Positions 37,244 through 45,219 of a stretch of DNA of 64,000 bases are shown here, piece after piece. The DNA comes from an uncultured Candidatus Peribacteria bacterium (GTDB lineage: Bacteria > Patescibacteriota > Gracilibacteria > Peribacterales > Peribacteraceae), in assembly GCA_964611095.1 (NCBI GenBank), contig CAZSWJ010000001.1, positions 31,735 through 95,734 of the forward strand, given 5' to 3'. Position 1 is the stretch's first letter; each line of letters opens with the position of its first letter. The notes beneath the pieces are model-generated. The model was not told the DNA's origin and ran no database searches. It saw only the letters and a program-made list of their open reading frames with translations. Both the position numbers and the translations under genes were made by a program.

Positions 37244-39413
37244 CCGGCCTCGAGCCTTCGGTATCCGGGGGGCCTGCTTTGGCAGGTGGCTTGTCCGGTG
37301 CTTTCGCCTTGGCCGCAACCTCTTTCATGTCGCTTATGAAGCGCTCGAATTCAGCGACATTCATCGGATTGCTCGACGCTTTCCCCGTCGTCGTATCGAC
37401 ATTCGGGAGGAAGCGGTTCGTATTGATGGCGCCGATCACCGGGTTGAGCAGGGCTGCTGCGATCGATCCTTGATCCAGGGAAACGACGATTTTTCCTTCA
37501 CCGTTCAGTTCCACCTTGATGGCTCCGATGACGTCTTTGGCCGTCTTCTCCGGCAGGTTCGCCTTCAGGATCTCGTCGATATCTTTCTTCAATTTCTCCA
37601 CGTCGGGCTTCGTATCGCCGCCCTCTTTCTTATCGGCGGGCTTGTCACCGGCGCCCTCCAGTTCCTTCACGCGGGCTTCCAGCTCTTCGCGCGTTTTCTT
37701 CAAAGCTTCCAGGTCCTTTTTCTTCTGCGCGATCTCTTCGTCGATCTTCGGCTTGGCTTCGGCCTTGGTGTCCGGGTTCTCCTTCTGTTTCTCGAGCGAC
37801 TTGATGTCGTCGGCGAGCTCACCTTCTTTCTTCTTGGCTTTTTCGATGCCTTCTTTCGCAGACTTCAATTCGTCGCGTCTTTCTTCGGGCGTCATCTCAC
37901 CGGCGGGCCTGGGGCCTTCGGCGCCTTTGCCTCCGGGTCCCTTGATGTCCTCGCCTTTCTCGCCCTTGCCTCCCTTCTTGCCGAATGCTTTGTCGATGAC
38001 TCCTTTGATGAAGCGGATGAATCCGAAGAGGTACAGGAACGGACGCACGTCCTTGTCGGCCATGACGATCTTGCCGCCGTCGATGTCGCTCTTGTCCAAA
38101 TCCACGCCCTGCATCATGAGGAGGCCTTCGGCCACGTCGATGTCGGTTTCGGTCTTGGCTTCGCGGCGGAGTTTCACGAGGCGCGCGATGGTCGCCTTGT
38201 CGGCGACGTCACCGGCCTCTTTCGTGGTGACGGTGACGCTGTTTCTGCTCTTCACCGCGGCACCCATGACTTTTTCCAAGAAAGCCTTTGCGGACGGCGT
38301 CATTCCCTTTATGAATTCGATGGCCTTGCCCATCGGCGTGTCGGGCGTGGCACTCGTCGGCAACGGTTCGGGCAGCTTGATGCTGCCGTCGGGGCCGATG
38401 AGTTTGCCGAATGCGCTGAGAACGTCAGCCGGCATTTTGGCAACGCTCTCGAGCGTCGTGCGAGCTTCCGCAAGTTCCGCTTCGGACATGCCTTCCACCA
38501 CCGTCACCGCAGCCTCCTGGATCTCCTTCGGGAGAGCACGAATCGCTTCCGCGGTTTGGGGATCGACGTTTTTGAGCGATTGTTCAAGATCGAATTTCGT
38601 CGTCGGTCCCTCCGATGCCTGGAAATCGATCGACTGTCCGTCCGAGCTCGTCGTGGTCGTGGTATCCGTGCTTTCGTCGAGCGGGAGGCCGGACCTCTTC
38701 AATGCTTGCAAGTGCGAGAGTTCCTCGGTGACTTTCACGCGCTCTTTCATCAGCTGGCCCAGTTTCGGGCCGTATGCTTCAATTTCCTGCGCCGAGAGCC
38801 TTGCCAGCATGAGGTTGATTTCCGGAGTGCGGTTGTAGCGAGAGCGGGCCGATCCCATCTGCGCCCTGTATTCGGCACCGGCACGAGTGAGTCCGTTTCC
38901 CGTTCTGCCTCTGCCGAGGAGAATGTGAATTTCCCAGTTGATGCGATTGAGCTCCTGCGCGGTTTTAGCGATTTTGTTGTCGAGTGCGCTGGGCTGACGT
39001 TCCACGGGAGCCCTGTACTCGCCGAAGTCGAGCCGCCCGTTCGTGATGCTGGCGTGGAACCCGTGAGGGTGGGCCACGTTCCTGTTGAATGACTGCAGTT
39101 CCTGCTTCACGAGCTCAGGCATGTCGCGCAATCCTGCGATTCTCTTTCCCAAGTCCTGTTTCACCTGTTCCATCTGCTCTTCTTTTGTCCCTTCGGTGCG
39201 TGCGTTGCGATCCTTGGCCTCTTTGCGAACGTCGGTTTCGGTCCTCTCGGGACTGTCGGCATTCGGCTCGGGAGCATCCGGAACGTCGGGAGCTCCTCTC
39301 TTGCCGGCTTCCGTGCGTACGTCGGCATCGGGCGTTTCTCCCGCGTGCAGCAAGCGCGCCTCGGCGAGACCGAGATGCGGGAATTGCCGGTGCAGGGAGC
39401 GAAGGAATTCCAT
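37227..39413 (-). CDS. Large charged protein (728 aa), unknown function
   Basis: Long ORF with a K/E/D-rich coiled-coil C-terminal half and no signal peptide. The antisense ORFs here are Arg/Ser/Phe-rich shadows. Confidence 0.7.
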   Translation of the reverse strand: MEFLRSLHRQFPHLGLAEARLLHAGETPDADVRTEAGKRGAPDVPDAPEPNADSPERTETDVRKEAKDRNARTEGTKEEQMEQVKQDLGKRIAGLRDMPELVKQELQSFNRNVAHPHGFHASITNGRLDFGEYRAPVERQPSALDNKIAKTAQELNRINWEIHILLGRGRTGNGLTRAGAEYRAQMGSARSRYNRTPEINLMLARLSAQEIEAYGPKLGQLMKERVKVTEELSHLQALKRSGLPLDESTDTTTTTSSDGQSIDFQASEGPTTKFDLEQSLKNVDPQTAEAIRALPKEIQEAAVTVVEGMSEAELAEARTTLESVAKMPADVLSAFGKLIGPDGSIKLPEPLPTSATPDTPMGKAIEFIKGMTPSAKAFLEKVMGAAVKSRNSVTVTTKEAGDVADKATIARLVKLRREAKTETDIDVAEGLLMMQGVDLDKSDIDGGKIVMADKDVRPFLYLFGFIRFIKGVIDKAFGKKGGKGEKGEDIKGPGGKGAEGPRPAGEMTPEERRDELKSAKEGIEKAKKKEGELADDIKSLEKQKENPDTKAEAKPKIDEEIAQKKKDLEALKKTREELEARVKELEGAGDKPADKKEGGDTKPDVEKLKKDIDEILKANLPEKTAKDVIGAIKVELNGEGKIVVSLDQGSIAAALLNPVIGAINTNRFLPNVDTTTGKASSNPMNVAEFERFISDMKEVAAKAKAPDKPPAKAGPPDTEGSRPDAKKK

Positions 39414-39419
39414 CGTTGA

Positions 39420-39776
39420 TTACGATTGGGTCATTTGTTTTTCGATCTTTTTCATCTCGTCCGCTTCGGCCGAGCTCACCAGTTCTTCGGCCATCTTCGC
39501 GGAGTCGCGCTTGTAGCCGGCGAACATTTCGTCCCACTCGCGTTTGTACTCGGTGAGGCGTTTGTCGAATTCGGCGAAGGCCGCGGCGTAGCGCTTCACA
39601 CGGACTTTGCGCTGCTCCACGGTTTCGTTCTTCGTGAGCGCACCGACCTTCGGCAAATTCTTGTTCGTGAGTTCGGGTTCGATGCCCTCCATGAGGAAGT
39701 CATAGAGCTCATCGCCGTCCAAGATGGGCGGCGGAGCGAGATAGTCCTCTGTCTGTACCGTCGTGTCAGAAGGCAT
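39420..39776 (-). CDS. Hypothetical protein (118 aa), first gene of the operon
   Basis: ATG 39776 lies downstream of an extended -10. There is a 6-nt gap to the next gene. Confidence 0.6.
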   Translation of the reverse strand: MPSDTTVQTEDYLAPPPILDGDELYDFLMEGIEPELTNKNLPKVGALTKNETVEQRKVRVKRYAAAFAEFDKRLTEYKREWDEMFAGYKRDSAKMAEELVSSAEADEMKKIEKQMTQS

Positions 39777-39798
39777 TTTGTGTGAGAAGAAATCTCAC

Positions 39799-39807
39799 CA
39801 TTGTACC
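39799..39807 (-). promoter_or_regulatory. Extended -10 TGGTACAAT (minus strand)
   Basis: The reverse complement of attgtacca. Followed after 1 nt by the palindrome GTGAGA-N5-TCTCAC (39781-39797), then ATG 39776. Confidence 0.5.
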
Positions 39808-39861
39808 AAAAAACGACAAAAAGAGCAATATATCCCCACCCCATCCGTCCTAGAGATGTTC

Positions 39862-39867
39862 TACGAT
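39862..39867 (+). promoter_or_regulatory. -10-like TACGAT 8 nt before ATG 39876
   Basis: TACGAT-N8-ATG with no Shine-Dalgarno. Confidence 0.3.
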
Positions 39868-39875
39868 AGACGCCT

Positions 39876-41555
39876 ATGAAAAAATTGCCTCTCTCCGTCG
39901 CTTTTGCCCTCGCCGTGCCTGTCGTGGCTCTTGCCATCGACATCGCACCCGGCAACTTCTATCCCGATGTTCGGGAATCGTCTCCGGAAGCCGTGGGAAT
40001 CAACCTTCTGAGCCGTGAAGGCATCGTGAAGGGTTACGCCAACGGCAGCTTCGGTCCCACGCGCCAAGTGAACCGCGCCGAGTTCCTCAAGATCGCCATG
40101 CTCAGTGCGCCGCAGAGCCGCAGGCCGGAGCTTGTGGCCGCGGATTGTTTCCCCGACGTGCATGCCGAGGACTGGTTCAGTCCGTACGTCTGCGCCGCCA
40201 AAGAGGCCGGCATCGTGAGCGGGAACGCCGATCCCAAGCTCCCGCGCGATCAATGGACATTCGCACCCGACACTCCGGTGCAGTACGACGCCGCGCTCAA
40301 AATGCTCACACTCTTGTTCGGTTACGAAATCCACTCATCGAACTCCGCCGATTGGGCCGCGCCGTACTACGATGCAGCCGCCGAGCGCGGGACCGATTTG
40401 CCCACACGCATCCGTTTCGACACGCTGCTCACCCGCGCTCAGGCCGCGCGCTTGGCGGGTGCGTTCTTGGCTGATTCCTACGGAAAACTCACCGAGTACC
40501 GCATGGCCGAAAACGGCGAATACGTCTCGTCATCGTCCAGTTCATCGAGCAGCTCCGTGAGTTCATCCGAGTCGTCATCGTCCTCGTCGGTTTCGTCCTC
40601 CTCTTCATCGTCATCCTCCTCCGCCGCGCTCTTCACGGTTCCGTCCGTCAGTCACTTCCTCGTCGTCGGCCAAGCTTCCGATGCGGTTGCCGACGGCATC
40701 ATCCGCAGCAACGGCGAAACGGCGAAGGTCCTCCGCGGCGAAGTGAAAGTGTTCACCGAAGTGCGTTCCGTCGATCACCTCGAAGTCGTGGACCCCGACG
40801 GCGTCATCGTCATGAAGTTGCTTCGTCGCGTGAACACCGACATCTCCGATTACAAGCTGACGTTCGAGGCGCAGGTGGATCCGAGCATCGCTTACACCTT
40901 GGCCCAGGACAAAGACGTCCGCTTCGTCCTCCGTGCCGTCATCCGCGACGTGAACGGCGGAGGTTTTGCCGACGAACTCCTGCAGGTCCGCACGTTCAAC
41001 GTCACGATGCGCGGAGACAGCGTCCATGAAACCATAAACAAAGCGTTCACGGGTCCGTTCCCCAAGCACCAGACGTCGTTCGGTCGCATCAAGTCCGTCA
41101 CGCGCGTCACGCCCGCAGCGGCTCCGCTCCAGCGCGGCAGCGGCGTTCTCGTCAGCACGTTCTCCTTCAGCGGTTCTACCGTCGGAGGCAGGTCGCTCTC
41201 GCTCACCGATCTCGTCTTCACGCTGAGCAAGACCGGCACGATCACCGCCAAAAATTGGTCGCTCGTTCGGGGTAATCTCACGACGCCGTGCAGCATGAAC
41301 GAAGCTCTGACGCTCGTGACGTGCTCGCCGCTCAAGCCGAGCGGCATCGGAGCCGTCCCCGCATCGGGAGCGTTCGCCCTCGATCTCCGTGCCGACGTCG
41401 CCACCCCACCGAGCACCGCGGCAAGCTTGCGTGCCGATCTCCTCACCGCGGGTTCTCCCGAGTCTCTCGGCAGCGCGTCGTGGACCGATGAATCCGGCAT
41501 GTATAAGTGGGTGGAGGGTCCCTCTCCTCTCGTCACGGGAACACTTCTTCAGTAA
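39876..41555 (+). CDS. SLH-domain surface protein with poly-Ser linker
   Basis: 559 aa with a signal peptide. SLH-like repeats (FYPDV..INLLSREGIVKGY; FPDVHAEDWFSPYVCAAKEAGIVSG). 32-residue Ser tract at 40527-40622. Confidence 0.75.
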   Translation: MKKLPLSVAFALAVPVVALAIDIAPGNFYPDVRESSPEAVGINLLSREGIVKGYANGSFGPTRQVNRAEFLKIAMLSAPQSRRPELVAADCFPDVHAEDWFSPYVCAAKEAGIVSGNADPKLPRDQWTFAPDTPVQYDAALKMLTLLFGYEIHSSNSADWAAPYYDAAAERGTDLPTRIRFDTLLTRAQAARLAGAFLADSYGKLTEYRMAENGEYVSSSSSSSSSSVSSSESSSSSSVSSSSSSSSSSAALFTVPSVSHFLVVGQASDAVADGIIRSNGETAKVLRGEVKVFTEVRSVDHLEVVDPDGVIVMKLLRRVNTDISDYKLTFEAQVDPSIAYTLAQDKDVRFVLRAVIRDVNGGGFADELLQVRTFNVTMRGDSVHETINKAFTGPFPKHQTSFGRIKSVTRVTPAAAPLQRGSGVLVSTFSFSGSTVGGRSLSLTDLVFTLSKTGTITAKNWSLVRGNLTTPCSMNEALTLVTCSPLKPSGIGAVPASGAFALDLRADVATPPSTAASLRADLLTAGSPESLGSASWTDESGMYKWVEGPSPLVTGTLLQ

Positions 41556-41561
41556 TGCAAG

Positions 41562-41595
41562 AAAAACACGCTCGTCAGCACGGGCGTGTTTTTTT
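41562..41595. terminator. Bidirectional intrinsic terminator
   Basis: AAAAA-acacgc...gcgtgt-TTTTTTT lies between the SLH gene (+) and a small minus-strand ORF. Confidence 0.65.
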
Positions 41596-41615
41596 GAGAT
41601 GCTTGGATATTGTCC

Positions 41616-41726
41616 TTAGAACTTGGCCGACACCACGATGAGGAATGCTCCTGCGGAGACGGCCCAAATGGCCGACAGCGCGAGGAACTTCTCCCACGTC
41701 TTCTGGTCCGCGAAATGTGTACGCAT
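41616..41726 (-). CDS. Candidate 36-aa membrane peptide
   Basis: Translated by hand: MRTHFADQKTWEKFLALSAIWAVSAGAFLIVVSAKF. One TM helix. Too short for the ORF track. Followed by the terminator. Confidence 0.3.
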   Translation of the reverse strand: MRTHFADQKTWEKFLALSAIWAVSAGAFLIVVSAKF

Positions 41727-41769
41727 GTGTGTGTTAGAAAAAGCTAATATTGATATTATATCACTTTTT

Positions 41770-42618
41770 CTACTTTTTGGCAATAACCTTCTTCAGGTCT
41801 GCGGCCATGGCTTTGGTGGCTTTTTGGGCTGCTTCCTTCCAGTCTTTTTCGGCTGAAGCATACAGAATGCTCCTGGATGCATTGACCACGGCTCCGCTGC
41901 CGTCGTGGAGGAATCCGAGTGCGGCGTCCGCGGCGGTGCCGCCCTGTGCGCCGTAGCCCGGGATGAGGAAGGGGCAGTGGGGCATGAGCGTGCGCAGGTA
42001 TTTGGTTTCCTCGGGGTACGTGGCACCGACCACGGCGCCGACGCAGGACAGGTTGCTCTCCACGCCGAGTTTTTGCGCGGCCCATCCTTCCACGAGTTGC
42101 GCCAAGTGCTCGTGGACCGATTCGTCGCCGACGGGCAGATCCTGGATCTCGCCCGAACTGTCGTTGCTCGTTTTCACGAGCACGTAGAGTCCGCGGTTGT
42201 TCTTCATGCCAAGCTCAATGAACGGCACGACGCCGTCCGAACCCAAGTACGGCGAGATGGTGAGCGCGTCGAACGGCTTTCCTTTGCCCAAATACGCTTC
42301 GGCGTATGCCTCGCAGGTGGAGCCGATGTCATTGCGTTTGCCGTCCAGAATCACGATGAGGTCGTGCTTCTTGGCTTCCTCGCACACCTCGTACAGAAGC
42401 TTCATGCCTTCCCATCCCAGCACTTCGAAGTACGCCATCTGGGGCTTGATACAGGACGCGGTGTTCTTCACTGCATCGATGATACCGAGACAAAATTCCT
42501 TGGCGCCCGCGAGGTCTTTACTCACGCCGTCGGGCAATTTTGAAATCACGGGATCCAAGCCCACGCAGACGGGAGAGGTTTCGTCGATTCGCTGCTGAAG
42601 TCTGTCGGCGTAGTGCAT
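41770..42618 (-). CDS. pyrF: Orotidine 5'-phosphate decarboxylase (long type)
   Basis: VCVGLDP and LDGKRNDIGST motifs. Start is ATG 42618 (TTG 42621 in the track). Confidence 0.9.
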   Translation of the reverse strand: MHYADRLQQRIDETSPVCVGLDPVISKLPDGVSKDLAGAKEFCLGIIDAVKNTASCIKPQMAYFEVLGWEGMKLLYEVCEEAKKHDLIVILDGKRNDIGSTCEAYAEAYLGKGKPFDALTISPYLGSDGVVPFIELGMKNNRGLYVLVKTSNDSSGEIQDLPVGDESVHEHLAQLVEGWAAQKLGVESNLSCVGAVVGATYPEETKYLRTLMPHCPFLIPGYGAQGGTAADAALGFLHDGSGAVVNASRSILYASAEKDWKEAAQKATKAMAADLKKVIAKK

Positions 42619-42625
42619 CAAACGG

Positions 42626-43123
42626 AGTGTAAAGTGAAAGGTGAAATGTCAAAAGTGCGAAAGTGGAAAGTTCGTAAGTGCGAAAGTCACATGCGTTTGT
42701 TTTTTGCGGTCCTGATGCTCTGTACGAGCATATTGATGATTTCTTCCGAATGCATGACGAGAGGGATGCAGTCGGATTGCGTCGCATAGCCCGCATCTTC
42801 CATCAGATGCAACCAATAGCGACTCTCGTATCCTTCTTTTAAGGCGATCGATAACTTTGAAATAAAGTCGGCACGACTTTGCGGTTGCTGAGCTTCTTCG
42901 ATGTTGGCGCCCACGCTCGTCGCGGATCTCATTAATTGTTTACTCAGAATAAATTCCTTTTTTTGCTCGATGACATACCTGCAAAAAAGAGTGACCCGAA
43001 GTGCAAATCGATACGATTTTTCGTGAAGGGGTCCAGAGAATGTTCGTAGTGCTTTCATGATGGCTGGATTGCATGGATTGTACTTTCGCACTTGGATTAC
43101 TTACATACTTTCGCACTTCTACA
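42626..43123. repeat. Inverted-repeat-bounded cassette carrying a four-helix-bundle ORF
   Basis: The left arm (..aaaagtgcgaaagtggaaagttcgtaagtgcgaaagt) pairs with the right arm (actttcgcacttggattacttacatactttcgcacttctac). The ORF fills the loop. Confidence 0.65.
42687..43058 (-). CDS. Four-helix-bundle protein (23S rRNA intervening-sequence protein family-like)
   Basis: SATSVGANIEEAQ and SIALKEGYESRYWL motifs typical of this family. GC is lower than the flanks. Start is ATG 43058 (GTG 43091 in the track). Confidence 0.75.
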   Translation of the reverse strand: MKALRTFSGPLHEKSYRFALRVTLFCRYVIEQKKEFILSKQLMRSATSVGANIEEAQQPQSRADFISKLSIALKEGYESRYWLHLMEDAGYATQSDCIPLVMHSEEIINMLVQSIRTAKNKRM

Positions 43124-44621
43124 CGCCCACTTGTTGCCTGTACTGCAGTGCTTCGGCGACGTGTTGCAGAGCGATGTTCTCGGCTCCGGCGAGATCGGCG
43201 ATGGTGCGCGCCACTTTGATGATGCGGTGATACGAACGCGCCGAAAAATTCATGCGCTCGGACGCTTGTCTCAGGAGTGCTTCGCACTTGGAGTCGAGCG
43301 GACAGAATGTTTCCAGGTCCTTTACGCCCATCTCCTTATTGGTGGAAATGCTGCGCTTCTTGAAGCGCTTGATCTGTCTCTCGCGTGCGGCCATGACGCG
43401 ACTGCGGATCGCGGCACTCGTTTCGGCCGCGGCGGGAGCTTTGCCCTGCAAGTCCGCGATTTCCACGGGCTGCACGTCGATGGTGAGGTCGATGCGATCG
43501 AGGAGCGGAGCCGAAATCCTGCGCTTCATGCGCTCCGCGGACGACGACGAATACTTCGGCGGATTCATGGCGCCCACCATGATGAAGTCGGCCGGGAACG
43601 TGACGCTTCCCTGCGCCCTGTTGATGGTGATGCGTCGGTCTTCGAGCGGCTGACGAAGAACTTCCAGTACCTGCGGCGGGAATTCGGCGAGTTCATCCAA
43701 GAAGAGAACGCCGCGGTGTGCCAAAGAAATTTCTCCCGGCATGGGGTGCTGTCCCCCGCCGACGATGGCGACTCCGCTCGCCGTGTGGTGCACGGTGCGA
43801 ATCGGCCGGTCTTGAATGAGCGGCATGTCGGACGGCAGCAAATTCGCGACGGAATAAATGCCCGTGATCTCCAGCGATTCCTCCCGCGTCAGCGGCGGTA
43901 AAATGCCGCGGAGTGCGCCCGCTAAAAGCGTCTTCCCCGATCCCGGAGCACCCGAGAGAAGCACATTGTGTCCGCCTGCGGCGGCGATTTCGAGTGCGCG
44001 TTTGGCGAGCGCCTGGCCACGCACGTCGGCGAAGTCCACGGTGGCCGTGAGGTGCCCGGTGCCCGCATCGGGCGGCACGATGACGGGCGCCTCCATTTGT
44101 CCCGTGAGACACGCAACGACTTCGCGCAAATTGTTGACGGCGATGACCGTGAGCCCCGGCACGAGCGCCGCTTCGGGCCCGTTCATCGCCGGAACGACGA
44201 TGGTCTTGATGCCGCGTTTGGCGCATGCCAGAGCGCACGCGAGTACGCCGGTGGCATGACGAAGTTGTCCGTCGAACGCCAGCTCGCCGATCAGCGCCGT
44301 TGCTTCCAAAATCTTTTTGGGGATGTCGATGACGTCGCTGCTTTGGAGAATGCCGAGCGCGATGGGAAGATCGAACCGCGAGCCCGCTTTGCGGATGTGC
44401 GCGGGCGCCAAGTTCACGTTCGTGATGCGACCCATCGGAATTTTATACCCCGATGCCTTGAGCGCCATGATCACGCGCTGCTTGCTCTCTTGCACCGCGG
44501 CGTCGCCGAGTCCGACGATCTGAAATTTCGGTTCGCCCGCGGTGGGGATGACGCCGATTTCCACATCGATGGGAAGTGCGCTGACACCGACGGTGGTGAA
44601 GGAGGTGAGCTGCGTGAGCAT
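43119..44621 (-). CDS. comM: YifB/ComM family Mg-chelatase-like AAA+ ATPase
   Basis: 500 aa. VRGQALAKRALEIAAAGGHNVLLSGAPGSGKT and FLDELAEF motifs. Confidence 0.9.
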   Translation of the reverse strand: MLTQLTSFTTVGVSALPIDVEIGVIPTAGEPKFQIVGLGDAAVQESKQRVIMALKASGYKIPMGRITNVNLAPAHIRKAGSRFDLPIALGILQSSDVIDIPKKILEATALIGELAFDGQLRHATGVLACALACAKRGIKTIVVPAMNGPEAALVPGLTVIAVNNLREVVACLTGQMEAPVIVPPDAGTGHLTATVDFADVRGQALAKRALEIAAAGGHNVLLSGAPGSGKTLLAGALRGILPPLTREESLEITGIYSVANLLPSDMPLIQDRPIRTVHHTASGVAIVGGGQHPMPGEISLAHRGVLFLDELAEFPPQVLEVLRQPLEDRRITINRAQGSVTFPADFIMVGAMNPPKYSSSSAERMKRRISAPLLDRIDLTIDVQPVEIADLQGKAPAAAETSAAIRSRVMAARERQIKRFKKRSISTNKEMGVKDLETFCPLDSKCEALLRQASERMNFSARSYHRIIKVARTIADLAGAENIALQHVAEALQYRQQVGV

Positions 44622-44703
44622 GGAAGTTTGGGAGGAGGAATATGTCTATGGTGTACTATCGTACACCCTTACGCAAGCGCAAGTACAAGACACAAAACCA
44701 TGA

Positions 44704-45081
44704 ATGTGGTGGAATCCGCGCATGACGACGGCGCTCACGGGCAAACTCGGCGAAGGCGCGGCTGCGACGTATCTCACGCGAGCCGGATACGTCGTGAAGG
44801 AGTGCAACGCGCGTTTCGGCCGCTACGAAATCGACATCGTCGCCGAAGATCAAAAAGAAAAGATGCTCGTCTTCGTGGAAGTAAAAGCACGAACGAAAAA
44901 GAGTGCGGCTTATCCCACGCGCACGGCGCTCGACGCGCGAAAACGTCGCGCACTTCGCGAGGCGATCTTCCGATACGTCGCACATCACGGATACGAAGGG
45001 CCGGCACGCATCGATTTGCTCTGCGTGTCGCAAGGAACCGTACACGAGCATTTGGTGGATATTGGCGCCGAATTCTTCTGA
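44704..45081 (+). CDS. yraN: YraN-family endonuclease (UPF0102)
   Basis: 125 aa. GEGAAATYL...YEIDIVA...FVEVKAR motifs. Confidence 0.85.
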   Translation: MWWNPRMTTALTGKLGEGAAATYLTRAGYVVKECNARFGRYEIDIVAEDQKEKMLVFVEVKARTKKSAAYPTRTALDARKRRALREAIFRYVAHHGYEGPARIDLLCVSQGTVHEHLVDIGAEFF

Positions 45082-45156
45082 AAAACATCAAAATATATTA
45101 AGACAATAATTACTTTGGTTTGTCACATTAAACACCAACTCTCAAACGACAAATTG

Positions 45157-45165
45157 TGGTACAAT
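45157..45165 (+). promoter_or_regulatory. Extended -10 TGGTACAAT
   Basis: Followed after 1 nt by the palindrome GTGTGA-N6-TCACAC (45167-45184). Same geometry as the 39799 promoter. Confidence 0.5.
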
Positions 45166-45219
45166 AGTGTGATTTTCTTCACACACATACCCACCTACAA
45201 CAAAAAAACCGGCTTTCCC

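Noticed and set aside
35783-39092. 457-aa, 765-aa and 440-aa plus-strand ORFs opposite the calpain-like operon
   Set aside because: They are shadow ORFs, rich in Arg/Phe/Leu or Ser/Phe. The minus-strand genes carry the ordered Cys-His-Asn motifs and the coupled gene spacing.
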